Source of the DNA: Lytechinus pictus
Taxonomy: Eukaryota
Assembly (NCBI RefSeq): GCF_037042905.1
Contig: NC_087250.1
Span: forward strand, 10,418,001-10,482,000
Length of the DNA stretch: 64,000 bases
Direction of reading: 5' to 3'
How positions within the stretch are numbered: position 1 is the first letter of the stretch; the number at the start of each line of letters is the position of its first letter. The translations under genes and the position numbers were made by a program. The notes under the pieces were generated by a model. It worked only from the letters and a program-made list of their open reading frames with translations. It did no database searches and was not told where the DNA came from. Below are positions 1 to 13,395 of this stretch, in pieces.

Positions 1-881
1 AAAGGGGTGTTTTTTTTTCAGTTTTGGACGCGGTCTGCGCATGGACTCGTTAAGGGTATCAAAAACACAGATTTTCAATAAAAAGGGTGGTTTTGAAAGA
101 CTGGTCAATGGTCAATCGCGGGGTCAAACGTATTTAGGGTATTTTTTTCTCTAAGCTTTTTTCAAAGACTCGCCAAACGTGTTTAAAGTATGTTTTTTTT
201 CACAAGCTTTTTCCCCAAGGTCATATTTTGGCGACAACTTGTTTGGGGGCCGAGAATGTGTAAATAAAGCCCGCGAAAAACTTGTTTAGGGGGCTATTTT
301 GCACACAGAGAAAAACTCGTTTAGGGGGTGTTTGGAAATTCCTTGGTCACGCGTGTGTACAGCAATATATTTGACTGGCCCCCCCATGGACAATTGCTCC
401 ACCGCTAATTTCTCTACAGATAGAGGGTGGGAGTAAGGGTGCTGTGGCAGGGTTTTGTTCAGGATCATATGGGGATTAGGATTTAAAAGTTAAGCTAAAA
501 TGCGAAGCTCGGGTTTATGTTTGGCTTAAAGGTAAAAGAATGTAGCTGCAGTCAACAGTTATTTCATGAGAAAGTCTTTAAAAATCAAGGATGATCGTAA
601 CCATATCACGGTAGATCTACATGTACCTGTAGATCTGGGGCCTGTTGAAGAAAGAGTTGCATTTAAACGCACATCAAAATATCAAACGCAAGTCCCGAAT
701 ACGGTTGCTTCATTGGCTGAAAATCAAGTTGCGCAAGATCATGGTGTGTGCTCTGCAAAGGCTGGGCTAATTTTAGCACTTGCATGTATTAGACTACCCT
801 ACTGGGTGCAGTGTATGCTTGCTCATGTCTGTGTTTTAAGGATATGCCTCTCGCATCAATATGAAATGTGCAAAGACTTAA

Positions 882-1479
882 AGGACAAGTCCACCCAACA
901 AAAAATTGATTTGAATAAAAAGAGAAAAATCCAACACTGAAAATTTCATCAAAATCGGATGTAAAATAAGAAAGTTATGGCATTTTAAAGTTTCGCTTAA
1001 TTTCACAGAACAGTTATATTCACATCCTAGTCAGTATGCCAATGGGGAAACTGGTGACGTCTTCCACTCACTATTCATTTTGTATTTTATTATATGAAAT
1101 ATGAGATATTCTTATTTTCTCCTCATTGTCAAGTGCAACAACAATAAATTCCTCCTGACGATGTGGAATAATTATTGTTAAATACTATATGGTTCAGTCA
1201 AGTTGGTCCTTATCGTCAAATATGTAAAAAATGAAATATTGTATAATTCAAACAATAAAAAACAAAAGAAATAGTGAGTGAGGGACATCATCAACTCTCT
1301 CATTGGCATGTCACTGAATTGTGCATACATGTATAACTGTTTTGTGAAAAATAAGCGAAACTTAAAAATGTCATAACTTTCTTATTTTACATCCGATTTT
1401 GATGAAATTTTCAGCGTTATGCTAGTTTGATTTTTCTCTTTTTATCCAAATCAACATTTTTCTGGGGGGGACTTGACCT
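882..1479. mobile_element. Non-autonomous TIR element with TTAA target duplication, AGG...CCT ends (Kolobok-like)
   Basis: ttaa|aggacaagtcc ... ggacttgacct|ttaa; long imperfect inverted arms. Confidence 0.75.
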
Positions 1480-1491
1480 TTAAAAGCTCAC

Positions 1492-1581
1492 CATTCTCTT
1501 CCGTTCCTGTGTGATCTTTTCAAGTTGTACAGATTTCAGATACTGGTGATAATCGTTGAACTCTTTCAGTGTACATTTGAC
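1492..1581 (-). CDS. FSIP2: FSIP2-like gene, coding exon 4 (VKCTLKEFNDYHQYLKSVQLEKITQERKRM); gene continues past the left edge
   Basis: cctacag acceptor and ATG|gtgagc donor; 90 nt; matches the FSIP2 segment V.CTL.E.N.Y.QYL. Confidence 0.9.
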
Positions 1582-1704
1582 CTGTAGGAACAAACAAAGG
1601 GGAACAAAAGTGCATCAACTTTTTTTCATCTGTCCAACTATCTAGTCATTTCATATAAATCCATCATTTTCAGCCTGCCAGAACATCAAGAGAAGCTGGT
1701 TTAA

Positions 1705-1943
1705 TGAGACTATCCAACCATCCATGCATGCATGAATCCATCCATTCGTCCATCCCTCCATCTCTCAATCTATCTATCCATCTCTCCATCCATCCATCTT
1801 CTCCCTCCCTCCATCCCTCTCTCCATCCATCCATCCATCCATTCATCAATTCTTGTCTATCTATCTATCTATCTATCTATCCATCCATCCATCTTCTTCC
1901 TCCCTCCCTCCATCCCTCTCTCCATTCATCCATCCATCAGTTC

Positions 1944-2029
<86 letters not shown>

Positions 2030-2075
2030 CATCCATCCATCCATCTATCCATTCATCCATATATCTCTATCTACT
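1705..2075. repeat. (CCAT)n/(CTAT)n microsatellite
   Basis: Visible directly; generates spurious SIYL ORFs. Confidence 0.95.
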
Positions 2076-2191
2076 GTATCAATTGATCCATGGATCTGTT
2101 TATCTACTTATATATATTTTTTTCAATGTTTCCCTCAATGTATCTCCCCATCTTACATTTCCTACGACCATCAATTAATCATTATGCTTAC

Positions 2192-2350
2192 CATGCCATC
2201 ATGCGTGATATACCCGGAATTGATGAGTCTGTCGTAGGTGACCTGTTTCGTGTAATGGCTCTTGAGGTGAGGGTCGTGAAGGCTCTTATACTCACAGCAC
2301 AACCCCGCAGCAACGGGATCAAAGTCAAGATTTTCTGGTGTTTGATGAAG
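2192..2350 (-). CDS. FSIP2: FSIP2-like gene, coding exon 3 (LHQTPENLDFDPVAAGLCCEYKSLHDPHLKSHYTKQVTYDRLINSGYITHDGM)
   Basis: tatttag acceptor and ATG|gtaagc donor; 159 nt, phase 0-0; contains the FSIP2 signature YKSLHDPHL...GYIT. Confidence 0.9.
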
Positions 2351-2365
2351 CTAAATACAAAATGG

Positions 2366-3323
2366 AACAAGTGGAATGCCTCTGGCCGTCTCACCTGCAT
2401 CACGCGATTCAATATAGCAGCAGTGCTGATTTTGAAAACTACTATAACTCGCACAAGATGTTCAGTGATACTTGGTTACTCTTATTTCCACGTTTTATGA
2501 ACTAGACCAATACACTTATAGAGATATGATGGCAATTAAAAAAATACCCCCAACGTGGCCAAAGTTCTTTGACCTTACATGACCTTTGACCTTGATCATG
2601 TGACCTGAAACTCGCACAGGATGTTCAGTGATACTTGATTACTATTATGTCCAAGTTTTATGAACTAGACCAACACACTTTCAAATTTATGGCTGTAATT
2701 CAACAAATACCCCAATTTGGCCAAAGTTCATTGACCCTAAATGACCTTTGACCTTGATCATGTGACCTGAAACTTGCACAGGATGTTCAGTAATACTTGA
2801 TTACTATCATGTCCAAGTTTCATGAATCAGATCCATAAACTTTCAAAGTTATGATGGTAATTCAACAGATACCCCCAATTCGGCCAAAGTTCAGTGACCC
2901 TAAATGACCTTTGACCTTGGTCATGTGACGTGAAACTCATGCAGGATGTTCAGTGATACTTGATTAACCTTATGTATAAGTTTCATGAACTAGGTCCATA
3001 TATTTTCTAAGTTATGATGACATTTCAAAAACTTAACCTTAGGTTAAGATTTTGATGTTGATTCCCCCAACATGGTCTAAGTTCATTGACCCTAAATGAC
3101 CTTTGACCTTAGTCATGTGACATGAAACTCAGGCAGGATGTTCAGTAATACTTGATTAACCTTATGGCCAAGTTTCATGAACTAGGTCCATATACTTTCT
3201 AAGTTATGCTGTCATTTCAAAAACTTAACCTCAGGTTAAGATTTGGTGTTGACGCCGCCGCCGCCGTCGCCGTCGGAAAAGCGGCGCCTATAGTCTCACT
3301 CTGCTATGCAGGTGAGACAAAAA
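2366..3323. mobile_element. Helentron/DINE-1-like non-autonomous element with internal ~163-bp tandem units
   Basis: Subterminal inverted repeat GTCTCACCTGCAT (2388-2400) / ATGCAGGTGAGAC (3306-3318); terminal hairpin; (GCC)n; units start at 2457, 2620, 2782, 2945, 3137. Confidence 0.7.
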
Positions 3324-3879
3324 TGATGAAAGAAGTTGATCAATGTGGCAAGCAACGTGTAGTGTCCATCAGTGGATAAATAATTCTGAGCGCGTCTGCA
3401 CCTGCGAATTAGCGGGATAATTTGTAAAATAGTGTGCTATTTTGCAAAAAAATCCCAAGTTGACTTGGGATTGCAATCTTGAGATTAATCCAGCGAACGA
3501 GCGCGATAATTGCGTCTCCATTAAGAATAATCTCAAGATTGTTCAGATCAGGATAATTTGCTGAATCAAAAATAGCGCGCTACCGGTAATGTGAAAACTC
3601 GGGCTGGTGCAGACGGCCCTATTGAGCAGAATGTTCTGGTACAGGTGTGTATATATACAAATACAGATTTTTTATTGATCTATTTTATTGTTTTTTGGGG
3701 GAGGGTAATCAACAATAACCCCCTCATATCTGTATACCAGTGTAAGATAAGGAAGCAGGCCTGCATGTACATTATATAGGTCTTAAAGTGGTTGATATCC
3801 AGTCTGTGGTGACAAAATGCATATCTTTATTACATCCGTTTCCGCCAAAGATTAATAGCAGACATACATACATACATAC

Positions 3880-4030
3880 CTTCTTACAAAGACCGGTAGT
3901 GAAGAGAACGATCTTGCCCTTAGGCGCCGGAACCATGGGGAGTTTACTATACATGGGTGTGTCCAACATCCAAGCAGGTAGAGGAGGCAGCGGTCCAGGA
4001 AGTTTCTCGTGACCCAGGTCAAAAGGTGTG
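3880..4030 (-). CDS. FSIP2: FSIP2-like gene, coding exon 2 (TPFDLGHEKLPGPLPPLPAWMLDTPMYSKLPMVPAPKGKIVLFTTGLCKK)
   Basis: ttttgtag acceptor and AAG|gtatgt donor; resembles the vertebrate FSIP2 N-terminal motif LLDLPLGVKLPVIPG..FYTT..EK (recalled, not searched). Confidence 0.85.
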
Positions 4031-4387
4031 CTACAAAATTAATACAAATAAATAAACTTTTGCAATTTGAAAGAAGCCTCAAGAAATCTCTCCTTATATC
4101 CACATTGGAAAACATTCCCATTGCATACATGTACATGCTTTTTTTTCATATTAAAACATTTTTTTTTTATATGAATATTTGTACAGTATCAGATTTCTGG
4201 TTCCTTTTATCCTCTATAATGCCATGTGATGTGATTGCATGTGAATAACAAAGATCAAGTTCAAGTTTGTGCTCAATTTTACTGATGGTATTTTGTTTTC
4301 AATTTTGACGCATAGTATGGATATGACTGCTTGGAGTATTTCAATAAACACTGACTGGAGTGGAGAAACACAACGAAGATTGTCAAA

Positions 4388-4997
4388 TGGACAAAATCAA
4401 GGATATCATTGACAGCTAAAAATCAACACGCTAGAAGAATTCTTCCAAGACGAAAATGCCGTTCAGACCACGGTTCAGCAGATAATGGAGAAAGAAATGT
4501 TTTCGATTTACAAGCAACATGGAGAAGCGCAAGTCCAGGCTTTCCGTCATGATTGAGGAAAAGCTTGGTCGTCTTCATGATTTGGAAATTTCAGTTGATA
4601 AGAAAACTTAGGAATTCCGTTCTGTGTAATAGAGTCCACGAATAAGTTGAAAAATGAAATGAATCGCGTCACCCGTGAAGCATCTTTGGATTTTTGGCAA
4701 TTCCTCCATATTCAGGTTACATATGTTCTGCTTCTTTGGTTATTCTATGTATTTTGTAGCTGTTGATACCGATATTTTTTTGTATTTTGTCATTCTTAAT
4801 TATCTCTTGTTTGTATTTTTATCATGTTTTTATATTGTACAATTTGAATATGGAAATAAATGAATTGAATTAAAAAAAGTGAATAACCTTGAAAAGTATT
4901 CTCGCAGAAACAATGCGTTCGAGTTCTAGGTATACCAGAATCACCAAATGAAAATACTGATCATGTTATTTGTGATCTTGCGAAGAGTATCGGAGTA
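4388..4997 (+). mobile_element. Degenerate LINE ORF1-like remnant interrupted by another LINE's 3' tail (about 4688-4878)
   Basis: NNLEKYSRRNN / RVLGIPESPNENTD motif typical of L1-type ORF1, with stops and frameshifts. Confidence 0.55.
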
Positions 4998-5177
4998 TAG
5001 TAGGGCCCGCTGGGAGAACAGTTTTCAGAACTGAAGTGGCTTCCCTCGGTAAATATACCTATATTATATTATTATTTGTTGGAAAATCAGGTGGTAGTTG
5101 AACTCACGTAACTACCTGTATTTTTTTTGGTGTCTCTTGCTCACAACGTACTGCCTAATTCTGCAACATTGGATAAT

Positions 5178-5459
5178 AATAATAGGTATATTTACCCAGG
5201 GTAGCCACTTCAGTTTAAAAAACTGTTCTACCAGCGGGCCCTGCTATTACTACCCCGGCTTTAGCTGAGCTGCCTAGGCACTCAAACATTCAAGGAATTT
5301 CTTCCTACCGGGTACCCATTCACCTCACCTGGGTTGAGTGCAGCACAACGTGGATGAGTTTCTTGCTGAAGGAAATTACATGTACGCCATGGCTGGGATT
5401 CGAACCCACGACCCTCTGTTTCAAAGTCAGAAGACTAGTCCACTGGACCACAGCGCTCC
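5178..5459 (-). mobile_element. tRNA-derived SINE
   Basis: Minus-strand A box TGGTCCAGTGG and B box GGTTCGAATCCC; conserved-looking core ACCCAGGTGAGGTGAATGGGTACC; (ATT)n tail. Confidence 0.8.
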
Positions 5460-5580
5460 ACAAGGATCTACATGTACAGCTTTGAAGTGAATGGGACTTA
5501 TCGTTTATATTTTCCAGGGCTCTTTCGAGCATTTCCGGGGGTGAAGTCGCCCTGAGCCTCCGTGTCATTTTTTTCCTTTA

Positions 5581-6174
5581 AGGTCAAGTCCACCCCAGGA
5601 AAATGCTGACTTGAATAAACAGAGAAATATCAAACTAGCATAGTGCTGAAAATTTCATCAAAATCGGATGTAATATATTAGAAAGTTAAAGTTATTTTAA
5701 AGTTTCTCTTATTTTTCACAAAACAGTGATGTGCACAACTAGGGATGATGTCCATCACTCACTATTTCTTTTGTTTTTTATTGTTTGAATCATACAATAT
5801 TTCATTTTTTATAGATTTGACAAAAAGGACTAACTTGACTGAACCATATACTAGTAGTATTAAACAATGCTTATTTCACATGTTCAGGGAGGAATTAATC
5901 GTTGTATCCCTTGACAATGAGGAGAAAATTAGAATATTTCATACTTCATATAATAAAATACAAAAGAAAAAGTGAGTGGATGACGTCATAGTCTCCTTCA
6001 TTTGCATACCAGCCTGGATGTGCATATATTAACTGTTTTGGGAAATTAAGCGAAACTTTAAAATGTCATCACTTTTTTATTTTCTATGGGATTTTGATGA
6101 AATTTTCAGTGTTATGCTTGTTGGATTTTTCTCTTTTTATTCAAATCAAATTTTTGTTGGGGTGAACTTGTCCT
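5581..6174. mobile_element. Second copy (opposite orientation) of the TTAA TIR element at 882
   Basis: aggtcaagtccacc ... ggtgaacttgtcct|ttaa. Confidence 0.75.
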
Positions 6175-6482
6175 TTAAATGCCTGGTCCCCGTTTGTGGA
6201 ATCCAGTCGAGAGAGCTATTCCACAACAAATTAAAGACTTACCTCATGAAGGAAGCATTTCCTAAATTGTGGGATTAGGCCCACTTGTTATTTTGACTAC
6301 CAACTTTAACTGATTGTATTTTTTTTTTCTTGTCAATTTGTTCAATTTCTGTGAATTTATTAATTCTTTTTTCTGTATTGTATAAATAGTTGATTGTGCG
6401 CCTTGAGTGTCATCGACAGATATGTGCGCTACACAAATCTTAAATTATTATTATTATTCATATTTTAAGAGTTCACACTCAC

Positions 6483-6586
6483 CTGAGAGCAAAGCTAAGA
6501 TTGCTTAGCTCCGGGTCGATGTCCATTTCGCTCGCCAGGATAGATTTGTAGAGCAAACTCTGGGCCATGGCACTCACCGCCGACAT
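6483..6586 (-). CDS. FSIP2: FSIP2-like gene, coding exon 1 (MSAVSAMAQSLLYKSILASEMDIDPELSNLSFAL)
   Basis: Acceptor tttcag precedes 6609; ATG at 6586; donor AG|gtgagt leaves phase 2, matching the phase-2 start of the exon at 4030. Confidence 0.65.
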
Positions 6587-8924
6587 CACTAGACTTTGAA
6601 CCAAACGATCTGAAATACATAATGGTAAAGGAATTAAAAATATAAAACTTCAGGCCCAATATTCCATTCTAAGTATTGATTGAAAAAAGTAAATTACGGT
6701 ACTTTGTATTTTACTTGGCTTTAACATGCTTACTGTTGTATTCAATTCATTTCCAAGTATTTTACTTTGACAAACCAAATTTCAGCACAGTAATTACTAC
6801 ATTGTGTTGTCATAGAGCCCAAGTCAAATAACTAAAAGAATTGGCTTGGTTTTAAGACGCGACAATGTACATGTAGAAATACTTTGCTTAAATCTGGCGT
6901 TGCGTGTCTTCTTTTAATAGAAATGCCCAGATACATGTATGCTCATAAAAGGGATACTGCACAGATTTGGGGGCTCTATCGATATAAAAAAACAAACATT
7001 TCTTTACAGGTGTACCTATTAATCCCTAAGTAAATGCATCTCGGGAATTAGCCAGGTAAGAAGAAACCCGGATTGTAGAGATAAAGGGCAAAGAGGAGTT
7101 AGTAAACTGTAGTAGTTGAAACACGTCCTCTGCGCTGTAATCCTGACTCTCCAAGAGAAGATTAGATCCCTTGGCTGGCCCGACTATGCAGCTTTGCCGA
7201 GTTGTGCACCCAAGCATGGATGAATGCACAGGGCTTGGGGGTTTGGGTCTATTGTCGTGTGCACACAGCCTCTAGCCCATAGTATACTCTATGCTGAGGA
7301 TTAGATCTTGGTGCAGGCCTGACTATGCAGCACTGCGCTCCTCATTGTTGAGCACTCACGCACTGATGAGAGCACAGGGATGGATGTTTCTACTCCATGA
7401 CAAGCCAGTGTGCTACACACACCCTCCAACCCATAGAGATGTATATACGGTAGTCTATAGATCTAGACTATCTCTGCTCCAACCCCATCCCTCGGTACTA
7501 GGGAACTTGAGCTATCGCGCATGCCCCGCCAGGCCAGTGGTACACATTTTACCACATCAGCTTACTATACAGTAGAAGAGTCTAAACCATAAAACAAAAA
7601 GGGGGGGGGGGGGTAAGAAAAAAGAGAGAAAAAAAGACCAACCCCCCTCGAAAAAAGGAAGGAACAAGAAACTCAGGCAAATTTTTAAAAAGGGTATATA
7701 GAGTCTCGATCTAGTCGGATAAGAAAATAAAAGTTACTACATCTAGATCTATAACTAGGCCTAGGTCTACAATGAAATTTAAGTTGAAAAGAAATGAAAG
7801 ACAAAGATCACCCAACAACAAAATATTTAGAGTACAAATTGATGTAGATTCTAGACTATGGAAAAGAAAATTTAGACGTCAATATGTAAAATATTGACTA
7901 TAGATCTAGATCTAATCTATATAAGAACATTAATAAAAAAGAAGCCCTCCCCCATAAAAAAAGGGGAAAGAGATCTACATCTCGGTAAACCAGGTTTGGT
8001 CAGGTTGAATACAATGCGAAAAAGACAGAAATTTAATGAGTTCAGTGCCACTGGTCTCCATCTGACTGACTCTGGATATGGATACAGCATCGCAATCATA
8101 ATAAATGCAACTTCATTGCACTCTGGTAAAGTTCTGTTTATTGCGAGCAAAAATTTCATTTATTAAAATGTTCTAGGCCTAGGCTAGGGCCTAGCATATT
8201 GCCATTGGTTATTTTGAATACTATATCACGACTAAGCCGATTATGTGAGATTATAATATCAGAGCAAAAAGTAGAGCCTGGGCCTTTATTATTTCAGTGA
8301 CAGTGTTCGCCCTAGACCAAAAGCTTTGGTCTCTGTTATGTTGGTTATTCCGCTGAACTCTGTTGGCTCCACTCACCAAATACAGAGACCGAAGTTCTAG
8401 CTCAATCTGTACAGCCAGGGACTCAATGGCCATATGTTTATGTATTAAGTTCGGATAAATCAGGGAAGTGAAGTTGCGCGACAGCCGAAGTAAGTCACTG
8501 TTTTTTCCCCTTTAAAGTTTATTTTCCCCCGTTTTGGTGCATTTCAGGCCAAAACGGAATGATTTCTATTTTGGTACAAATCTTTTTCAATATTTTTTAT
8601 GAAATAAAGACAAAAATCGATGAGCCCCGTCAGGGGATTTTGCATTGTTCACCCCCTAATGGTGGCTGCACGATAGCGAGCCGTCTGTGTACGAGGAAAA
8701 ATTAAAAAAAATGTTTAAAAACTCCTCGAAACAGACGGCTGCCAGCTGTATGTTCGCCCGTGACGACGTGACTAGACCTCCATTCCTGTACACCAGTTGA
8801 CGAAGGGTGGCTAGGCCGAAACCGCCCGGTCGAGTCCTCCTGCTTTCCCGCTTCGGAGTCTGGTTCCCCGTCTGGTTCAAATCAAAGAATAGTTTACTTT
8901 AATTATCATGTCAATTTAACTTAC

Positions 8925-9060
8925 CTCTATTTCAAGCTATGGCCTGTTTTAACCCTGGTACGTGATCGAAAGCTCTCTTACATCATTTATAGCTGGTTTC
9001 AGACAATAAACCTAATTATTATGTTGATTAGAAGTTGCTACTCGCCTTTCCCTGCCAAGA
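8925..9060 (-). other. Probable non-coding first exon of the FSIP2-like gene (upstream boundary approximate)
   Basis: Strong donor GAG|gtaagt at 8925; an in-frame TGA shortly before it implies 5'UTR; a CRE palindrome lies upstream. Confidence 0.35.
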
Positions 9061-9116
9061 TCACATCGCGAGTGCATGCCATTTGTTTACCTCGCAAATT
9101 ATAAGCACATGTACTG

Positions 9117-9124
9117 TGACGTCA
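9117..9124. promoter_or_regulatory. CRE palindrome TGACGTCA upstream of the putative FSIP2-like first exon
   Basis: Exact motif, plus TGACGTAA at about 9138. The motif is also common in local repeats, so function is unproven. Confidence 0.25.
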
Positions 9125-10551
9125 CGATGCATAAGGATGACGTAATAATATGATTTTCTCGAAGAAACTTTTTCATGAATATTCATGTGCTGTCGGGGGG
9201 GGGGGGGGGGTCGATCGAGGGCCAGCGTCTAAACTCTGCGAATCAATACAAAATATGGTGATGGTTTTGTGGGGGCGGGGACTGTTTAAAAAATAAACAT
9301 TAATACTTAAAGGGAGCGGGGTTTTCATAAAAGAAACATACAAAATGGAAAGTTATGGAGGTTCCTATATGACAAACCCGGCCCTTGCACACTGCAAAGA
9401 AAATCAAATGACTGTTGAAAAAAAAAGAGGAAGGGGGTGGGGGCGGGGTCATAGAATTGGAAGGTACACATAATATATGCCTATATAATCCGGCATAATT
9501 CATAATTCTGGGCTAAAAACCCCCCATCTCATTGTGCACACTCCAGAGTGAGAATAAGAATTAGTATGATACACGTAGATCCAATTCCATTTTCATATGA
9601 GGGGGTGGAAAATATTTTCACCCTCATTATCCCTGATTGCCCATACAAGCCGATTTTTCTGCGTTTTTAAGGGAAATTTATTCTTAAATAGTTTTAAAGT
9701 ACATCTTAACTTTATTCTTACACACAAGCCTCATAAAGCTTAATTACATAACGGAAGCGCGAAGCGCGAGGTCAATAAAAAAAATACATTTCATGTATTC
9801 AGACTTTAATAAATACTGAACATTCTAAGCAAGATTTTAAATCATGATCAAGATGGTTCGTTGTCATGACATCGTGACGTCACACTTCGGAGTCAAAAGA
9901 TGGCTTGGATGAGACCGATCAGAAAGTAGACTAAGGAGGTTAGACCAAGTGGCAATTTACCGATTCAAACTATCATCAACTGCATCTTAAAGCATGCTTC
10001 CAAAGCAACTTAGAATTCATAACAGTTTGCAGTGATTCTTTGTGCTGATGATCATTATAATATTCATTTCCTGTGTAGCGCATATCGCATATAGGCCTAA
10101 CATGTATATGCGCTTCAAACATAATTTTATTCGTCATGTTTAAGCTTAGTTCCTACTATGTATGTATTATCATCTGCAAGTGCACCCTAGTTTTTGTCTG
10201 TGTATGCTGTTTGCATTGTGAAAAAACACACACATACAAACATACAATTTAGGCGATTCTAACGAACTTGGATATGGGTTTAGCCCGGCAGGAAGTTCTA
10301 CAGTGCAGGAAAAAAAATCGAAGAATGAATTTCTGTCAGGTAAGCTCATTTACATCAGCAGCACAAAGTGTATCATTTTTTTCGGAGGAGAAATATGAGG
10401 CTACGACTCGGATTCGGATCCACGATCCTCTATTTGAAAGTCCACAAACTAATCCACAGAGCCATAATACACTTCATTGATACAACATTGACATAAGCAC
10501 TTTTTACATCGTGATTCTCGTCAATAGGGAGTTTTCGCAAGAAAACATTAA

Positions 10552-11789
10552 AGGGATGCTCCGGACTGAAAATATTCATATCTAAATGAATAGAGTAAAA
10601 TTCACAGAGCAAAATGCTGAAAATTTCATCAAAATCTGATAAAAAATATCGAAGTTGTTGAATTTTAAAGTTTAGCAATATATTTTGAAAACATTTATAT
10701 GCACGTCGCCATGAATATTCATTAGATGGACTGATGATGTCACACCAACCACTTTCCTTTTTTTACTTTTCTTCCCCATGTTATTACATGAATTCATAAC
10801 TGTTTCATTTGTGTCATACATGTGTGAAAATGTGTCTCCTTTAATAATGAAATAGGTTGCAGCAATGAATGCCTATAATGCACTTAATCAGTTGTTATTC
10901 CTGTACTTTGGTTCTTTGTACTTTGGTACTTTGGAAAAATTGTGAATAAACCTAATTTGATACAATAAAATACAAAAGAACAAGTGGGGATATATAACAT
11001 CATCAGTTTGCTCATTGAATATTTATGAAGACATGCCTAGAACTGTTTCACCGGAATAATGCAAATCCTAAAAATGCCATAACTTTATTATTCCTTGTCC
11101 GATTTTGATCAAATTTTTTGTGTTTTGTCTATCTCATTTTTTCTTAATTCTGTTCAAATCATAATTTTTTCACCCTGGATTACCCCCTTAAAGGGGAATC
11201 CAACCCAAATAAAAATTTGTTTTTATAAGGAAAAGAAAAATCAGACAAGTTGATAGGTGAAAGTTTGAACAATATTGGACAAACAACAAGAAAGTTATTA
11301 ATTTTTAAAAGTTTTAAATATTGGTAATCACTATACCCATTGAGACTTCAAATTGACCGCATATAGGATGTCATAGTGATGTAAGGCAAGGACTACTCTT
11401 CCATGTACTCCAATACATATTATGGCTAAAATGTCATTTTTCCCAAAAGTTTTATTTCAAATTAATATTTTTCTTTCATGAGGACATAAAACAATATACT
11501 ATCTGGGTTATATTTAGATTACTGTCCCAGGGGAATGGGTACTTAGGAGAAAACCACTAATCTCTGATAATAAAGTACATGGCCTATGGGAAAGTTGTCC
11601 TTGCCCCTTGTCATAATTTACTTATCCAGTTGCCAATTTGAAATCTCTACATAGTATTAGTGATCTCAATTTTAAAGCAGCTATAACTTTCTTATTGCTT
11701 GTCCGATTTCTTTCAAACTTTCACCATTCTGTTTAATTTATTTTTCTCCTTCCCAACACAACATTTAATGGCCAAGGCTGGATTCCCCT
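10552..11789. mobile_element. Two different TTAA TIR elements abutting at one shared TTAA (10552-11187 and 11192-11789)
   Basis: TTAA at 10548, 11188 and 11790; AGGG...CCC(T) termini. Confidence 0.7.
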
Positions 11790-12959
11790 TTAATTGTATT
11801 GAAATGCCCGTGAAATTACAAAGAACAGCTGAGAGGTCTTTGTCTAAACTTCTTGAACCAGAACAGCAGATTCGTCCTAAGTTTCGGAGCTGACGAAAAC
11901 AATTGCAAATAGGTCATTTTGTCCAGAAACCCAGGACAAACCAACAATAATCGAGAAAGAATTCTTGGTTTTGCTTTGTCGTGAAGGGCATTTGCCAATG
12001 CATTATCTAAACTCCTCAAAAAAAGTTTGGAAATCTGACTTTGATCGATAATGGAATCAAACACACCTCTGCACAAGCAAACACATAACAAACAAACAAA
12101 CATGCATGGGTATTTCAAACCATGTTATCTCACAGAACCATCACTACATAAACCACAACAAAACATACAAAATGAAGAAGCAGGGGCTTGATTTGAATGG
12201 ATTTTCATCTCTCTTGACACAGACAAAAGAATCATGTTCTGTATTGACCCTTCATGACTATTTATGCTCGTTTTGCAGCTTTTCAATTCAGACCTCATCC
12301 AACACTTTTGAATCCTGCTCTTTTCTTGATGGCATGATCATAACAAGCATGGTATCATTTTAAAGAGAATAAGATTATCTTTTGAATGATGTCAAATATG
12401 CATTGTGTACAATTGGGAATTGGGAGAAATTAATGGCCAAACTCAGATTTTCAAACTTTTTTTGAGTGGTTTATGTTGTTGATGGCGTCGTGCGTTGTGG
12501 TTCCAAGCGAAAACCCCCTAATGACAGCACTGCGACCATGGCGACAGTGATTTAAACTGTGTTGAGGTAATAAAGACAATTTGTTTAAATCAATACCTTA
12601 CTCAATGCACAAGCAAAACAGGTGTTTAATTATTGTTCATTCAAAATATCAAGGGTCGATTTAATTCAATGTCAAATGTAAAATCGTAATTAGAGCCAAT
12701 GCAGATTTTGACAGCTGTATTTAAATTTTACATTATGTGCCTACATTGTATCAAGCAGTAACTTCTAAGAGCTTCGTCAATATTGCATTAATGATCAATA
12801 AAACAGTCGTTTTAAGCAATTATTTCGATATTGTTTGTTTTTGTTTTATAAAGAGTTTATATCATTGAGTCAGCTGCGTTTATTAAGTATAGATTTCAAT
12901 TGAAATCTTTGCATTCCATTAGTATTCGTTGATGTATTTTCAACTTTATGACCCGAGGC

Positions 12960-13395
12960 AAAGAAAATGAACGAAAGAAAGAGAGAGAGAGAGAGAGAGA
13001 TGGAGAGAGGGAGAGAAAAAAATGTGAGGGAAACAGGAGAGACAAAGAAAGTGGGAAAAGGAGATGGTGGGGGAGAAAGTGAGGGATAGATAGGGGGAGG
13101 TAGAGATGTGAAAAGATGATAGAGAAGTAGGGAGGGAGGGAGAGAGAGGTGGATGAGGGATGGAGGGGGAGAGAGAGAGAAAATAAGTGATATTGTGAAA
13201 GAAAAGGAGAGACAAAAAACAAAGAGAAAGAGATAGGGGAGAGAAAGTGAGGGATATAGAGAGGTAGAGATGAGAAAAGATGAAAGAGAAGGAGAGAGGG
13301 GGAGAGAGAAGGGGGGAAGTGGATGAAGGATGGAGAGCCCATGGGGCAGAGGTGTGAAAAGGGAGGTAGAGAAGAAGAAGAAGAGAGAGGAGGGT
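12960..13395. repeat. GA-rich polypurine low-complexity tract
   Basis: Visible directly. Confidence 0.9.

Noticed and set aside
1704..2237. ORFs rich in SIYL/SIHP
   Set aside because: Translation of a tetranucleotide microsatellite inside an intron.
5385..5459. tRNA gene
   Set aside because: The tRNA-like head runs into a SINE body and tail; no clear acceptor stem or terminator.
5320..5568. 82-aa ORF as an FSIP2-like exon
   Set aside because: Runs into the SINE and has no suitable donor; exon 6483-6586 already supplies the needed phase.
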